A DNA stretch of 64,000 bases, taken from Candidatus Poribacteria bacterium. Its GTDB lineage: Bacteria > Poribacteria > WGA-4E > UBA9662. Both the position numbers and the translations under genes were made by a program. Under the pieces are notes generated by a model. The model searched no databases. It was not told the origin of the DNA and saw nothing but the letters and a program-made list of their open reading frames with translations. The DNA lies in assembly GCA_046582655.1 (NCBI GenBank), contig JAYGDX010000346.1:32001-96000 (forward strand). Direction: 5' to 3'. Below, piece by piece: positions 43,491 through 52,692 of this stretch (position 1 is the first letter of the stretch; every line of letters begins with the position of its first letter).

Positions 43491-43492
43491 TC

Positions 43493-43894
43493 TTATCCCT
43501 CAAGGATTTTCACATAAATTTCTCTGTTTCTCGGTCCATCAAACTCACAAAAGAAAATCCCCTGCCAGGTGCCAAGAACCAGTTTCTCATTTTCTATGAT
43601 AACTGGCTCGGAACTACCGAAAAGACTAGCTTTAACATGAGCTGCTGAATTGTCTTCCATATGCTGATAACGGCGATCAACAAATGGAATAATCTCATCG
43701 ATAATTAACAGAATGTCGTGTGATACCATCGGATCGGCACTCTCATTAATTGTGATGCCGGCAGTCGTATGTGGTACGTATATATGGCAGATACCACTTT
43801 GAATTTGGTTCCTTTTAACGATTTGTTGGATCTGTTTGGTGATGGAAACAAATTCAGTTTTTCTTTGTGTTCGAACATCCAATTTTTCTAACAA
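43493..43894 (-). CDS. yjbQ: YjbQ / UPF0047 family protein
   Basis: HTTAGITINE, HVKASLFG, LGTWQGIFFCEFDGPR. Confidence 0.9.
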   Translation of the reverse strand: MLEKLDVRTQRKTEFVSITKQIQQIVKRNQIQSGICHIYVPHTTAGITINESADPMVSHDILLIIDEIIPFVDRRYQHMEDNSAAHVKASLFGSSEPVIIENEKLVLGTWQGIFFCEFDGPRNREIYVKILEG

Positions 43895-43980
43895 TACTTT
43901 ACCTCATCTCTTTTCGTAAGTCTATCGTAACCTGGGTGGGTTGTCCCGTTTGTTCAGAACGTTCAGTTCCGCATTTTCTG

Positions 43981-44009
43981 TTGACCGTGTTAGGTGAAAG
44001 TGTTATGAT
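43981..44009 (+). promoter_or_regulatory. Putative sigma70 promoter
   Basis: TTGACC-N17-TATGAT with an extended TG. Confidence 0.5.
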
Positions 44010-44068
44010 TTTTAGCGATAGAATTTAGTCTATCACAGCATAATTTCTGCTGGTCGAATAAAAAATCC

Positions 44069-44653
44069 GATGAAGGCAATTGCTTTTAGTGTCTTGATTA
44101 TAGGCCTTATCGTTTTTACCTTCTGTCTTCTGTTTGTGCTTTTGGGGATTATTGAAATTGAGGAACCAATAAGGATAATGAACATTTCCCTTGTTTAGTT
44201 GGGGATTATCGTTGTCATTGGGGCTGCAAAGGGGGAAAATGGTTATACAACGAGAAGCTGAATCCTGTTGATCGTGCTTATGCTACCTTAGTTGACATGC
44301 GTGTTGAGGAACAGACAACTCCGTCAAGGACACATTTAACGGAAACAGATGTTGTATTGTTTTCTACTAAATTTGGGATGTTTGAATTGGAGGATAACAG
44401 AAAAATTGAACTTATGCTGACTTCAAATACCCGTTCAATTATCGTTGGTACACATGGACTATTGACGTATCGGAAAAATCGGGCGCTGGAAGGTCTCAAC
44501 TTTTTCAGCTACTCTGGGGTATTTGAATTGGAAGACTCATTCCCTTTTGAATTAGTATTGAATTCCAAAGTGCAAGTGGTTGAGATTGATGCTCAAGGGG
44601 AATTGATCTGTCGTAACAACCATGCACTGGATTTTATTGTTGAGGAAGGATAA
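44069..44653 (+). pseudogene. DUF2500-like membrane protein with a broken 5' end
   Basis: Hydrophobic N-terminal pieces lie in other frames with stops; the main frame reads KWLYNEKLNPV..MFELEDNRKIEL..GTHGLLTY. Confidence 0.4.
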
Positions 44654-44662
44654 AGTTAAAGT

Positions 44663-45877
44663 ATGATGCTGACGGTTGATCAAGCTCGAACCCGAATTTT
44701 AGATGCCGTGACACGTATGCCTACCAAAAAATGCGATATTGTCGATAGCCTGGGATCTGTTCTGGCTCAAAACGTCTACGCTGATGAAAATATTCCGCCA
44801 TTCGATAATTCTGCTATGGATGGATATGCGTTGATCGCGGGTGATGTTAAGGCCGCCTCAGATGAAAACCCGGTAACTTTGGACGTCATTGAAACAATCC
44901 CCGCTGGTTATGCGCCAGCGAAACAGGTTAAGAATGGTCAGGCTACCCGTATTATGACAGGTGCTATGATGCCGAGTGGAGCTGATAGTGTTGTCATGGT
45001 TGAAAAGACGGAATCAAAAGAGGACAGCGTGGATATTTTTGATCCGGCCGCAAAAGCTCAAAATGTCCGGTTTGCTGGTGAAAGCGTCAAAACTGGGGAT
45101 TTGGTTATGTCAGCAGGGAAAGTCATCCGTCCACAGGAAATTGCCATGTTGGCTTCCCTTAACATCTCGGAGGTTGATAGATATCAACCTCCTAAAGTGG
45201 CGGTTGTTTCTACTGGAGATGAGTTGACACCACTAGGTGCAGAATTAAAACCGGGAAAGATCCGAGATAGTAACCGTTATGGGATCTGTGCCCAACTTGT
45301 TGAGGCTGGATTCGAAGTCATTGACATGGGCATTTGTGGTGATGATGTGGTCGAACTTGAGCGAAACTTGCGTTCAGCGCTTGGACAAGCGGATGCCTTA
45401 ATCACGAGTGGGGGAGTTTCTGTTGGCGATTATGATGTTGTTAAAATTGTGCTTGAGAAATTAGGTGACATCAACTTTTGGAGAGTGGCCATGAAACCAG
45501 GAAAGCCACAAGCTTTTGGAATCGCCGATGGTAAGCCCATCTTCGGTTTACCTGGAAATCCAGTGTCATCATTAACCGTATTTGAGCTTTTTGTTCGACC
45601 TGCGTTACTCAAGATGGCTGGATATACTAAGTTGCTACGTCCGACATTTGAAGCCGTTTTGGAAACTGACATTAAGAACGATACGAACCGGGTTAACTTT
45701 ATGCGGGCTATTATTGAAAAACATAATGGGAAGTATCATGCTAAAATTGCTGGCGATCAAGGTTCAGGTATCCTTTATTCGCTTGTTTTAGCCAATGGTT
45801 TAATTACTATTCCTGCTAACCAGACGGTTTATGCTGGTGAGACAGTGGAAGCACAGTTTTTTGGAGATGCATCTTAA
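44663..45877 (+). CDS. moeA: Molybdopterin molybdotransferase
   Basis: PPFDNSAMDGYA, RIMTGA, STGDEL, SGGVSVG, KPGKP, GLPGNPVS. Confidence 0.97.
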   Translation: MMLTVDQARTRILDAVTRMPTKKCDIVDSLGSVLAQNVYADENIPPFDNSAMDGYALIAGDVKAASDENPVTLDVIETIPAGYAPAKQVKNGQATRIMTGAMMPSGADSVVMVEKTESKEDSVDIFDPAAKAQNVRFAGESVKTGDLVMSAGKVIRPQEIAMLASLNISEVDRYQPPKVAVVSTGDELTPLGAELKPGKIRDSNRYGICAQLVEAGFEVIDMGICGDDVVELERNLRSALGQADALITSGGVSVGDYDVVKIVLEKLGDINFWRVAMKPGKPQAFGIADGKPIFGLPGNPVSSLTVFELFVRPALLKMAGYTKLLRPTFEAVLETDIKNDTNRVNFMRAIIEKHNGKYHAKIAGDQGSGILYSLVLANGLITIPANQTVYAGETVEAQFFGDAS

Positions 45878-45900
45878 AAGTGCAAATGAGGAGAAGTATT

Positions 45901-46269
45901 ATGAGTCAGGGAAAAATTTTTCAAGTTGGAGGGGTAGAACTGCATGTCGATAATCGGTCTCTTGGTGATGACGGAGGACCTTCAGTTCGTGTTTTTGGGG
46001 ATGTCGATGGGAAATCAGTTCAATTGTTACGTTTTGATTGTTTTCGAAAGAATCCTCACTATCATTACGATCCATCTGGAAAAAACGACATGCATTCAAT
46101 TGACGAGACTGGTATTCCCGATTCAGTCAGTTGGACTATTGCACAACTTGGAAACAACCTGCCAGACATGATCCGCACATCCGGTTATGATGGCGTGGCT
46201 GATGGCGTTGATCAGGCAGCCATAGCATTAGTTTTATCAAAGGTTGAAACGTTCATGCTTGCGGACTAA
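45901..46269 (+). CDS. Conserved hypothetical protein
   Basis: SD AGGAG before the ATG at 45901; LLRFDCF..PHYHY motif. Confidence 0.65.
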   Translation: MSQGKIFQVGGVELHVDNRSLGDDGGPSVRVFGDVDGKSVQLLRFDCFRKNPHYHYDPSGKNDMHSIDETGIPDSVSWTIAQLGNNLPDMIRTSGYDGVADGVDQAAIALVLSKVETFMLAD

Positions 46270-46316
46270 ACGACTTTGTTTCTTTGATTATTTAGTATTA
46301 AAAAGGAGTTAAATGA

Positions 46317-46619
46317 ATGCCTACATACGAGTACAAATGCCTCGAATGTGATCATAAATTTGAAGCATTTCAGTCAATGAAAGACGATCCACTTGAGTCC
46401 TGTCCTGAATGTGAGGGGAATGTGAAGAGGTTGATCAGTTCAGGTGCAGGTTTGATTTTCAAGGGATCTGGTTTCTATATTACGGATTACCGAGGTGATG
46501 GATACAAGGAAGCTGCTAAGAAGGATAAGGAAGCCGCTAGCGGAAGCAGTGATGGTAAAAGTAAATCAGATAGTGGTGAATCTAAGGGCAGTTCAGGTGA
46601 ATCTAAGGGGACAGATTAG
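46317..46619 (+). CDS. FmdB family zinc-ribbon protein
   Basis: MPTYEYKCxxC..CPEC..FKGSGFYITDY, low-complexity tail. Confidence 0.9.
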   Translation: MPTYEYKCLECDHKFEAFQSMKDDPLESCPECEGNVKRLISSGAGLIFKGSGFYITDYRGDGYKEAAKKDKEAASGSSDGKSKSDSGESKGSSGESKGTD

Positions 46620-46622
46620 CTT

Positions 46623-47582
46623 GTGCTTGGGATTACTGTTTCTAGTCTGATTATCTGCTCTTTTCTTAGTATTCAGCCTCTGAGCGTTGATATAATTTTG
46701 AAGAGGCTGGTTTATCCGGCGGATGCTAAATTGCTGGTCATTCATGCTGATGATGCTGGTATGTCTCATTCGGTGAACAGCGCAACTCTGGATGCTTTGC
46801 AAAAAGGGATTGTCTCGTCTGCTGCCATTATGGTGCCATGTCCATGGTTTTTAGAAATGGCAGAATTTGCTCGACAGCATCCAGAAATAGATCTCGGTTT
46901 GCATCTGACACTGACGAGTGAATGGAAACACTATCGTTGGCGTCCAGTTGCTGATCCCAGCAAGGTACCAGGGTTGATTGATGAAGAAGGGTATCTGTGG
47001 AAATCTGTAGAAAATGTTGTTGGTCATGCCACAACGCAAGAAGTTGAGTTAGAAATACGGGCGCAAATTGATCGGGCAATTGCATTTGGGATCAATCCTA
47101 CCCATATCGATTCGCATATGGGAACTTTGTTTGCCACCTCGGGATTTCTGCGGGTTTACTTGAAGGTTGCACTTGAATATGGGATTCCGCCCATGATGGT
47201 GGATCCCGCAGATCCTGAGGTCAAGAAATTGCTGGAGGAACGAAACATATCTTATTCAGAATCTACCATTCAGGAAATATATGCGACAAAAGTTCCTTCG
47301 CTTAATCATTTGAATACTGGTGAAGATGGAAATTCCTACGAAATCCGAAAAGCTGCTTATTACCGAGCTATCCGAGATATTAAGCCTGGAGTTAACCAGA
47401 TCATTGTCCATCTGGCTGGAAACGATACAGAGATCCAAAACATCACAAATGCTTGGCAGAGGCGTTATGATGAATTTCGTATTTTTACTGATCCGGAACT
47501 GAAAAACTTAATCGACGATCTTGGTATTGAACTTATTGGATGGCGTAAAATGAAAGAAATCATGCCTTTGCAGAACCACTGA
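46623..47582 (+). CDS. YdjC/ChbG-like carbohydrate deacetylase
   Basis: IHADDAG, GLHLTLTSEW, PTHIDSHMG. Confidence 0.85.
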   Translation: MLGITVSSLIICSFLSIQPLSVDIILKRLVYPADAKLLVIHADDAGMSHSVNSATLDALQKGIVSSAAIMVPCPWFLEMAEFARQHPEIDLGLHLTLTSEWKHYRWRPVADPSKVPGLIDEEGYLWKSVENVVGHATTQEVELEIRAQIDRAIAFGINPTHIDSHMGTLFATSGFLRVYLKVALEYGIPPMMVDPADPEVKKLLEERNISYSESTIQEIYATKVPSLNHLNTGEDGNSYEIRKAAYYRAIRDIKPGVNQIIVHLAGNDTEIQNITNAWQRRYDEFRIFTDPELKNLIDDLGIELIGWRKMKEIMPLQNH

Positions 47583-47599
47583 GTTATAGGAAAAACTCC

Positions 47600-48949
47600 A
47601 TGTCAAAAAAGAATAGACCCAATGTCATTGTTTTCTTTACAGACCAACAACGATGGGACACCTCAGGTCTCCATGGTAATCCGTTGGATTTGATGCCAAA
47701 CTTTGACCGAATCGCACAGCGTGGAACCCATGTGCGGCATTCGTTCACATGTCAACCTGTATGTGGTCCGGCAAGATCGTGTCTGCAAACAGGTCTGTAT
47801 GCAACAACAACTGGTTGCTTTCGAAATGGTATTCCCCTCCCAACTGAAGCGAAGACGCTGGCACACTATTTTAAGGATTCTGGATATCAGACAGGTTACA
47901 TCGGCAAATGGCACTTGGCAACAGAAGAACCGGTAACTGAACCTAATCGCGGCGGTTATGATTTTTGGCTGGCGTCCAATGTCTTGGAATTTACTTCAGA
48001 TGCCTACCATATGATGGTATATGATAATGATAATAATCCGGTGAAGTTGCCGGGTTATCGAGTTGATGCGCTTACTGATGCTGCTGTTCGTTACGTAGAC
48101 GATCATCAAACTGATCCGTTTTTCCTGTTTTTGTCGTATATTGAACCTCACCATCAGAATCATCTGGATGATTATCCTCCACCGGATGGTTATAGGGAAC
48201 AGTATGCTGGAAAATGGATTCCGCCAGATCTGGCATCATTAGGTGGTTCAACTCATCAACACTTGGCTGGATACTACGGAATGGTCAAACGGCTTGATGA
48301 GGCTTTTGGGCGATTGCTTGACGCACTCAAAAGTTTAGGGATGCAGGACGATACCATCGTACTTTTTACATCTGATCATGGGTGTCATTTCAAAACCAGG
48401 AATTCGGAATATAAAAGATCGGCACATGAAAGCTCTATCCGTGTCCCAACCGCGTTTCATGGAGGTGCTTTTACCAGTGGTGGCGAAATTCCTGAGTTGG
48501 TAAGTTTAATTGATCTACCGCCAACATTGCTTGACGTCGCGGGAATTCCAGTTCCCGATAACATGCAAGGTTCGTCTATTCTACCCTTAATCAGGGGCAA
48601 TCGAGATGATTGGCCACAAGAAATATTCACGCAGATTAGTGAGGCGCAAGTCGGGCGTGCTGTGCGAACGCATCGGTGGAAATATGCGGTTGATGCTCCA
48701 GATAAGAGCGGCGGCAGAGATGCTGGATCAGACCGTTACATCGAACAGTATCTTTATGATCTGAAAGCAGACCCATACGAGCTACGAAATCTAATTGGAT
48801 TAAACTCGCATTTAGGTGTGCGAGATGTCATGCGGGCACGTCTTATCCGACGGATGGTTGAAGCTGGAGAATCGGAACCAACAATTGAATCCGCTGAACT
48901 ACATGGAAGCGGGCAGAGGCGTGTCAGTGAAGAAGAAACTCTGATGTGA
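47600..48949 (+). CDS. Arylsulfatase-family sulfatase (Cys type)
   Basis: FTDQQR, VCGPARSCLQTG (CxPxR), GKWHL, EPHH, SDHG. Confidence 0.9.
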   Translation: MSKKNRPNVIVFFTDQQRWDTSGLHGNPLDLMPNFDRIAQRGTHVRHSFTCQPVCGPARSCLQTGLYATTTGCFRNGIPLPTEAKTLAHYFKDSGYQTGYIGKWHLATEEPVTEPNRGGYDFWLASNVLEFTSDAYHMMVYDNDNNPVKLPGYRVDALTDAAVRYVDDHQTDPFFLFLSYIEPHHQNHLDDYPPPDGYREQYAGKWIPPDLASLGGSTHQHLAGYYGMVKRLDEAFGRLLDALKSLGMQDDTIVLFTSDHGCHFKTRNSEYKRSAHESSIRVPTAFHGGAFTSGGEIPELVSLIDLPPTLLDVAGIPVPDNMQGSSILPLIRGNRDDWPQEIFTQISEAQVGRAVRTHRWKYAVDAPDKSGGRDAGSDRYIEQYLYDLKADPYELRNLIGLNSHLGVRDVMRARLIRRMVEAGESEPTIESAELHGSGQRRVSEEETLM

Positions 48950-48995
48950 TTTTTGGACACAGGTTGTACTAGTTGATTGATCTGGTGTCATTTTC

Positions 48996-49308
48996 CTAAC
49001 GTTCCATATTTAGTTCGCCAAGTGCCAAATCAATCTCAAGGATTTCTGCGTTCCGACTAATGGGTTAGAGTCACCCTTGTACTTGGCTTGAGGCTGGCAA
49101 CAAGTCCTTGAAGTTGCCGAAAAGTTTTTATCTGTTTTCCATTAAAGGAGATAATTTCATCGGCAGGTTGGATCCCGAAAAGATCAGCTGGACTATCGGG
49201 AATAACTTGGGTTATTCGCACGCCACCCGGTGGTTGGTTAAGTTGCACTCCTAACCAACCTTGACTAACCTTATCGGTATGGCGAAACCGACATGATTCT
49301 GTTTCCAA
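48996..49308 (-). pseudogene. PDZ domain fragment, frameshifted near 49062-49064
   Basis: GWLGVQL..VIPDSPADLFGIQPADEI; removing one base continues VTLT-ISRNAEILEIDLALGEL to a stop at 48996. Confidence 0.55.
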
Positions 49309-49404
49309 ATAGATTTGATTGCCCCACCAACATTGGGAGGTTATTGGCCCTCTGTCCTATTTAAATCCGCCAAGGTGGCAGCTATCATACCTACCCACAA
49401 ATAT

Positions 49405-51273
49405 TTAACGCCAAAACACATAAGTGTTAACGTTAAATATTTGCCGTATGATTATCCAACTACCACCGATAAGATAATCTCCAAACAGTAATCCCATGAA
49501 AAAGGGAACTGCTCGACGATAAGCGCCGATCCCCCCTTGCTTAAGCAGAACCAATTTGACCAACCAACTGATAAAAATTGAAAACCATAACCATCCGACT
49601 GTCCAGGTGCTGCCTGTGAGCGCGAAGCCAGCGGGATGTAGTGTCCACCACAGAAAATTTATCCGCATAAATCGAAGTGCAGAGGTAATCAGTACGCCGA
49701 TTCCAATGAAAAGTAAAGCAATAAAATTAGTTGGTTTAGGATAATAAAGCCAGCTTTGTAGGTCATTGAACCCTCCCCATCCTGGATTATTTTCCGCTCC
49801 GTTTCGATACGACATATCAATGAAAGCCCAATAGGCGGATAGTGTTCCGATAACTGCCGCTAATATCATAGCAAATGCCAATTTACCACGATGTATTTGG
49901 GCAATATCAGCGAGTTTGAATCCTTCAAGGGTATGAGGCATTGGGTGTGCTCGATATCCACGATTAAACCCCCATAACAGACTCATCACGGTTAGGTTTC
50001 TTGGACCTAGACGTCGAGTGCCGATAGAGAGCACCAACAGATTGTGTGGTGTTGATTGGTACATTTCGTGAGTCGGCGGTCCCAATTCCGCTCTTATTCG
50101 TGTAATGGCTAAGGCAATGGTGAAGTAAATTAAGAGGTAAGCCAAGATAATTTCAACCGACATCCCGGCACGCATCATCCAGAAAGTTAGGAAACTGAAT
50201 CCAGCAACGAATCCGAGAATTGCCCAGCTGTATTCCCGCGTTTTTAGTGAAAAGACCTGTTTTAGATGGTGGCGCGCACCCCAGGCGGAAAAGCTCGCAA
50301 TAGCAATGTAGGCTCCTGTTGTTTGTTCGTCGGCATATGGGAAACGTGGTAACCCGTAAAATCCGACAGCGTTACCAAGGATTCGAACACCTTTCCAAAA
50401 CCAATAGAAAAACCAGACTGAAAAAGAGAGATCCAGTGGCATGAAGAAGGCTAAACCGATGGCAAACGGCAACACATAGATAGGTGTCCACCCAATAGCA
50501 TTCCACGGTTTCTGTAAGAAAAGCGCACCGATTTCATATCGTCGGTTGGGGACTATAGGAAAATTCGGAACAAGATAGTGGATCCCATTCAAAATTGCCA
50601 GACTTGCTGATATCGAAAATCCTGTCCACATCAATCGGGAGCTAAAGAGGCTGTTTTTTGAATTGGTCAATTCAGTTGGTAGGTGGACAATTGGATACGA
50701 TAGCCGTTCGTATCTAATCCATTGATCCTGAAAAAATATACTTAGACAGACTAGAGTAACGATCAACGCGGTAAAGAATGATGTCCACCACAAAGTTGGC
50801 ATGATCCAATAATAAAGCCGCCCACTTGTATAAAGCGAAGAGTCGCCAAGATAGTAGGGAGTTATTTCATCTGAAATTTCCATCGTTAACCAATTCGGTA
50901 GATAACGCCAGAAAAGCTGTTGCCAATCATTTTCAGGAGTTGCATACCAAAACGCATGTGTTAATGCAGGTACGACTGTTTGTAGCATATCGTGACCTGC
51001 CATCGCTGACGCGATTGACAGCATGACGTAGACGGTGAGTAGTTCTCCGCGACTAAGCCCACCTTCTGGAATTATCAACTTAATGCCAAAATTAATGAAG
51101 ATAACGACAGTCAGGATAATAATGACGTTGTAAAAAAGCGAAATAGTGGTTGGAAGCCCACTTAGGTAGACGTGGTTATTAATTAAGAAATATGCATTAG
51201 GCGGAATGATGAAAGCGGAAAGTATGATGGAACGAAGGGTTATACCTTTACGATTTTTCCCTTGTTTATTCAA
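49405..51273 (-). CDS. Polytopic membrane protein, DUF6785/DUF6784-type (putative transporter)
   Basis: GHDMLQ, ATPENDW, ERLSYPIV.LP, TRIRAELG, NRGYRAHPMPH.LEGFK, LHPAGF; paralog of the genes at 3 and 57893. Confidence 0.8.
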   Translation of the reverse strand: MNKQGKNRKGITLRSIILSAFIIPPNAYFLINNHVYLSGLPTTISLFYNVIIILTVVIFINFGIKLIIPEGGLSRGELLTVYVMLSIASAMAGHDMLQTVVPALTHAFWYATPENDWQQLFWRYLPNWLTMEISDEITPYYLGDSSLYTSGRLYYWIMPTLWWTSFFTALIVTLVCLSIFFQDQWIRYERLSYPIVHLPTELTNSKNSLFSSRLMWTGFSISASLAILNGIHYLVPNFPIVPNRRYEIGALFLQKPWNAIGWTPIYVLPFAIGLAFFMPLDLSFSVWFFYWFWKGVRILGNAVGFYGLPRFPYADEQTTGAYIAIASFSAWGARHHLKQVFSLKTREYSWAILGFVAGFSFLTFWMMRAGMSVEIILAYLLIYFTIALAITRIRAELGPPTHEMYQSTPHNLLVLSIGTRRLGPRNLTVMSLLWGFNRGYRAHPMPHTLEGFKLADIAQIHRGKLAFAMILAAVIGTLSAYWAFIDMSYRNGAENNPGWGGFNDLQSWLYYPKPTNFIALLFIGIGVLITSALRFMRINFLWWTLHPAGFALTGSTWTVGWLWFSIFISWLVKLVLLKQGGIGAYRRAVPFFMGLLFGDYLIGGSWIIIRQIFNVNTYVFWR

Positions 51274-51295
51274 AAGTTATTAATATAGGGGAAAG

Positions 51296-51841
51296 TTAGA
51301 GGCGCCGATTAACCGTAGTTCCATTGGCGGAAATGCCCGTGGTGATTGAGATTAAGGGAGGGATGACAGCGTTGTAAAGTGACTCCTGTCTGCTGATGAG
51401 GTTGGCAACCTCAAACAGGTTATTGATAGATCGCGAACTAAGGTTGGCAGAATGTGCGCGGTTCATTCGGTTATTACCATTGAGGGTAGTACTGTAAGCG
51501 GAAATTGAAGGTTGAACGCTACTGTAATTATCTTGCCCTTTATCCGATTGATCTGAAAGATTAAGAGCATCACGCAACTGTTCATTGATGGGTGCGTTCA
51601 ATGCAGGGGCAAGCGAGGACAGTTGTTCTTGAACTTCGGGGGAATCAGGCGCAAGATATTCTGCAATCGAAACGATGCGATCCGGTTCGGAAACTGAATC
51701 TGTTTGACTGGTTTCTGTAACAAAATCTCGGCGCTCAGTTCTCAGACGGCTTTCAGTAGTTCTTTCTAACCGCGATTGGTTCTCTGTCGAAAATCTACGC
51801 GCTTCTTGTACTAAGCCCGCTGACACCGAGGAAATAACCAT
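51296..51841 (-). CDS. Hypothetical Ser/Asn-rich protein
   Basis: Long ORF; likely start is the ATG at 51841 after GAAGG. No family recognised. Confidence 0.5.
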   Translation of the reverse strand: MVISSVSAGLVQEARRFSTENQSRLERTTESRLRTERRDFVTETSQTDSVSEPDRIVSIAEYLAPDSPEVQEQLSSLAPALNAPINEQLRDALNLSDQSDKGQDNYSSVQPSISAYSTTLNGNNRMNRAHSANLSSRSINNLFEVANLISRQESLYNAVIPPLISITTGISANGTTVNRRL

Positions 51842-51957
51842 TACTATAACCTTCTCGAAAGAATAATTCCTATCGACTAATCCACTCGGCATGATATCAT
51901 GTGCAGATTTGAATTTCAAGTAAAAACTTGAAGCTATCGTTACGAGAAGGTTTGTTC

Positions 51958-51986
51958 TTGACACTTGTATGAGTGAATGCTATTAT
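51958..51986 (+). promoter_or_regulatory. Strong sigma70-type promoter
   Basis: TTGACA-N17-TATTAT with an extended TG. Confidence 0.65.
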
Positions 51987-51999
51987 TGATTTCCGGTCG

Positions 52000-52026
52000 A
52001 GCGGCATTCTGTGCCGCTGTTTTTTT
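52000..52026 (+). terminator. Intrinsic terminator immediately downstream of the promoter
   Basis: AGCGGCA-TTCTG-TGCCGCT then G and T7. Confidence 0.65.
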
Positions 52027-52063
52027 GGTTGGGAAGATTATTATGATACACATCCATTCTCAT

Positions 52064-52215
52064 GTCCCTCAGTAAACCTGTCCGAACTTGTGGCCACTAG
52101 GAAGCACAATGTGTATTTGGAAGAGTGCCCAAAGGCGATTATCACAGGTGGTCAGACCGACCTGATCCTACCTTGGCATTGGTTCTGAACCTTTATTTCG
52201 TGACCTCTGAGGGAT
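52064..52215 (+). ncRNA. Candidate structured RNA, 6S/SsrS-like rod
   Basis: Closing stem GTCCCTCAG/CTGAGGGAT, a bubble with TGAACC on its 3' side, inner stem GAACTTGTGGCCA/TGGCATTGGTTC, TAGGA/TCCTA, apical hairpins. G-U pairs favour the + strand. Confidence 0.4.
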
Positions 52216-52254
52216 TTTAAATTTGTCATCTAACTAATATGGATCTATAAAGAC

Positions 52255-52692
52255 ATGAGCATCTTGGGGCTAGACGTAGGCGATATAAGGATAGGTATAG
52301 CTATCAGTGAAGATCTCTTGTTTGCACATCCTTTCCAGACGATTGAACGGATTGGTGTCAAAAAGGACATTCAGAATTTGTGTCGGGTTGTTACTGAGAA
52401 AGATGTTGAAACAATAGTTATTGGTTTGCCAAAGCGGCTTAATGGCGAAATCGGTATCCAAGCTGAAAAGGTACAGGGATTTTCTAGAAGGCTGGAGAAG
52501 AATACGAAAGCAAAAATTGTTTTTTGGGATGAAAGACTAACAACAGTTGAAGCGGAACGTATTTTTCAAACAACGGCTACAAACCGCAAGAAAAGGCGAA
52601 AGAAAGTTGTTGATCAAATCGCGGCAGTCTTGATTCTTGAAGGATATCTGAGCCGGTTTCACCGACCGCATAATTTGCCCAACAATGCATAG
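52255..52692 (+). CDS. ruvX: Holliday junction resolvase-like RuvX/YqgF (pre-16S rRNA maturation nuclease)
   Basis: ILGLDVGDIRIGIA, IVIGLP, WDERLTT, VDQIAAVLIL. Confidence 0.95.
   Translation: MSILGLDVGDIRIGIAISEDLLFAHPFQTIERIGVKKDIQNLCRVVTEKDVETIVIGLPKRLNGEIGIQAEKVQGFSRRLEKNTKAKIVFWDERLTTVEAERIFQTTATNRKKRRKKVVDQIAAVLILEGYLSRFHRPHNLPNNA

Noticed and set aside
46575..46609. GGTGAATCTAAGGG tandem repeat
   Set aside because: Ordinary low-complexity tail of FmdB-family proteins.
51973..52188. 71-aa ORF upstream of ruvX
   Set aside because: It starts inside the promoter, runs through a terminator, has no SD and no recognisable family; the region is better explained as structured RNA.
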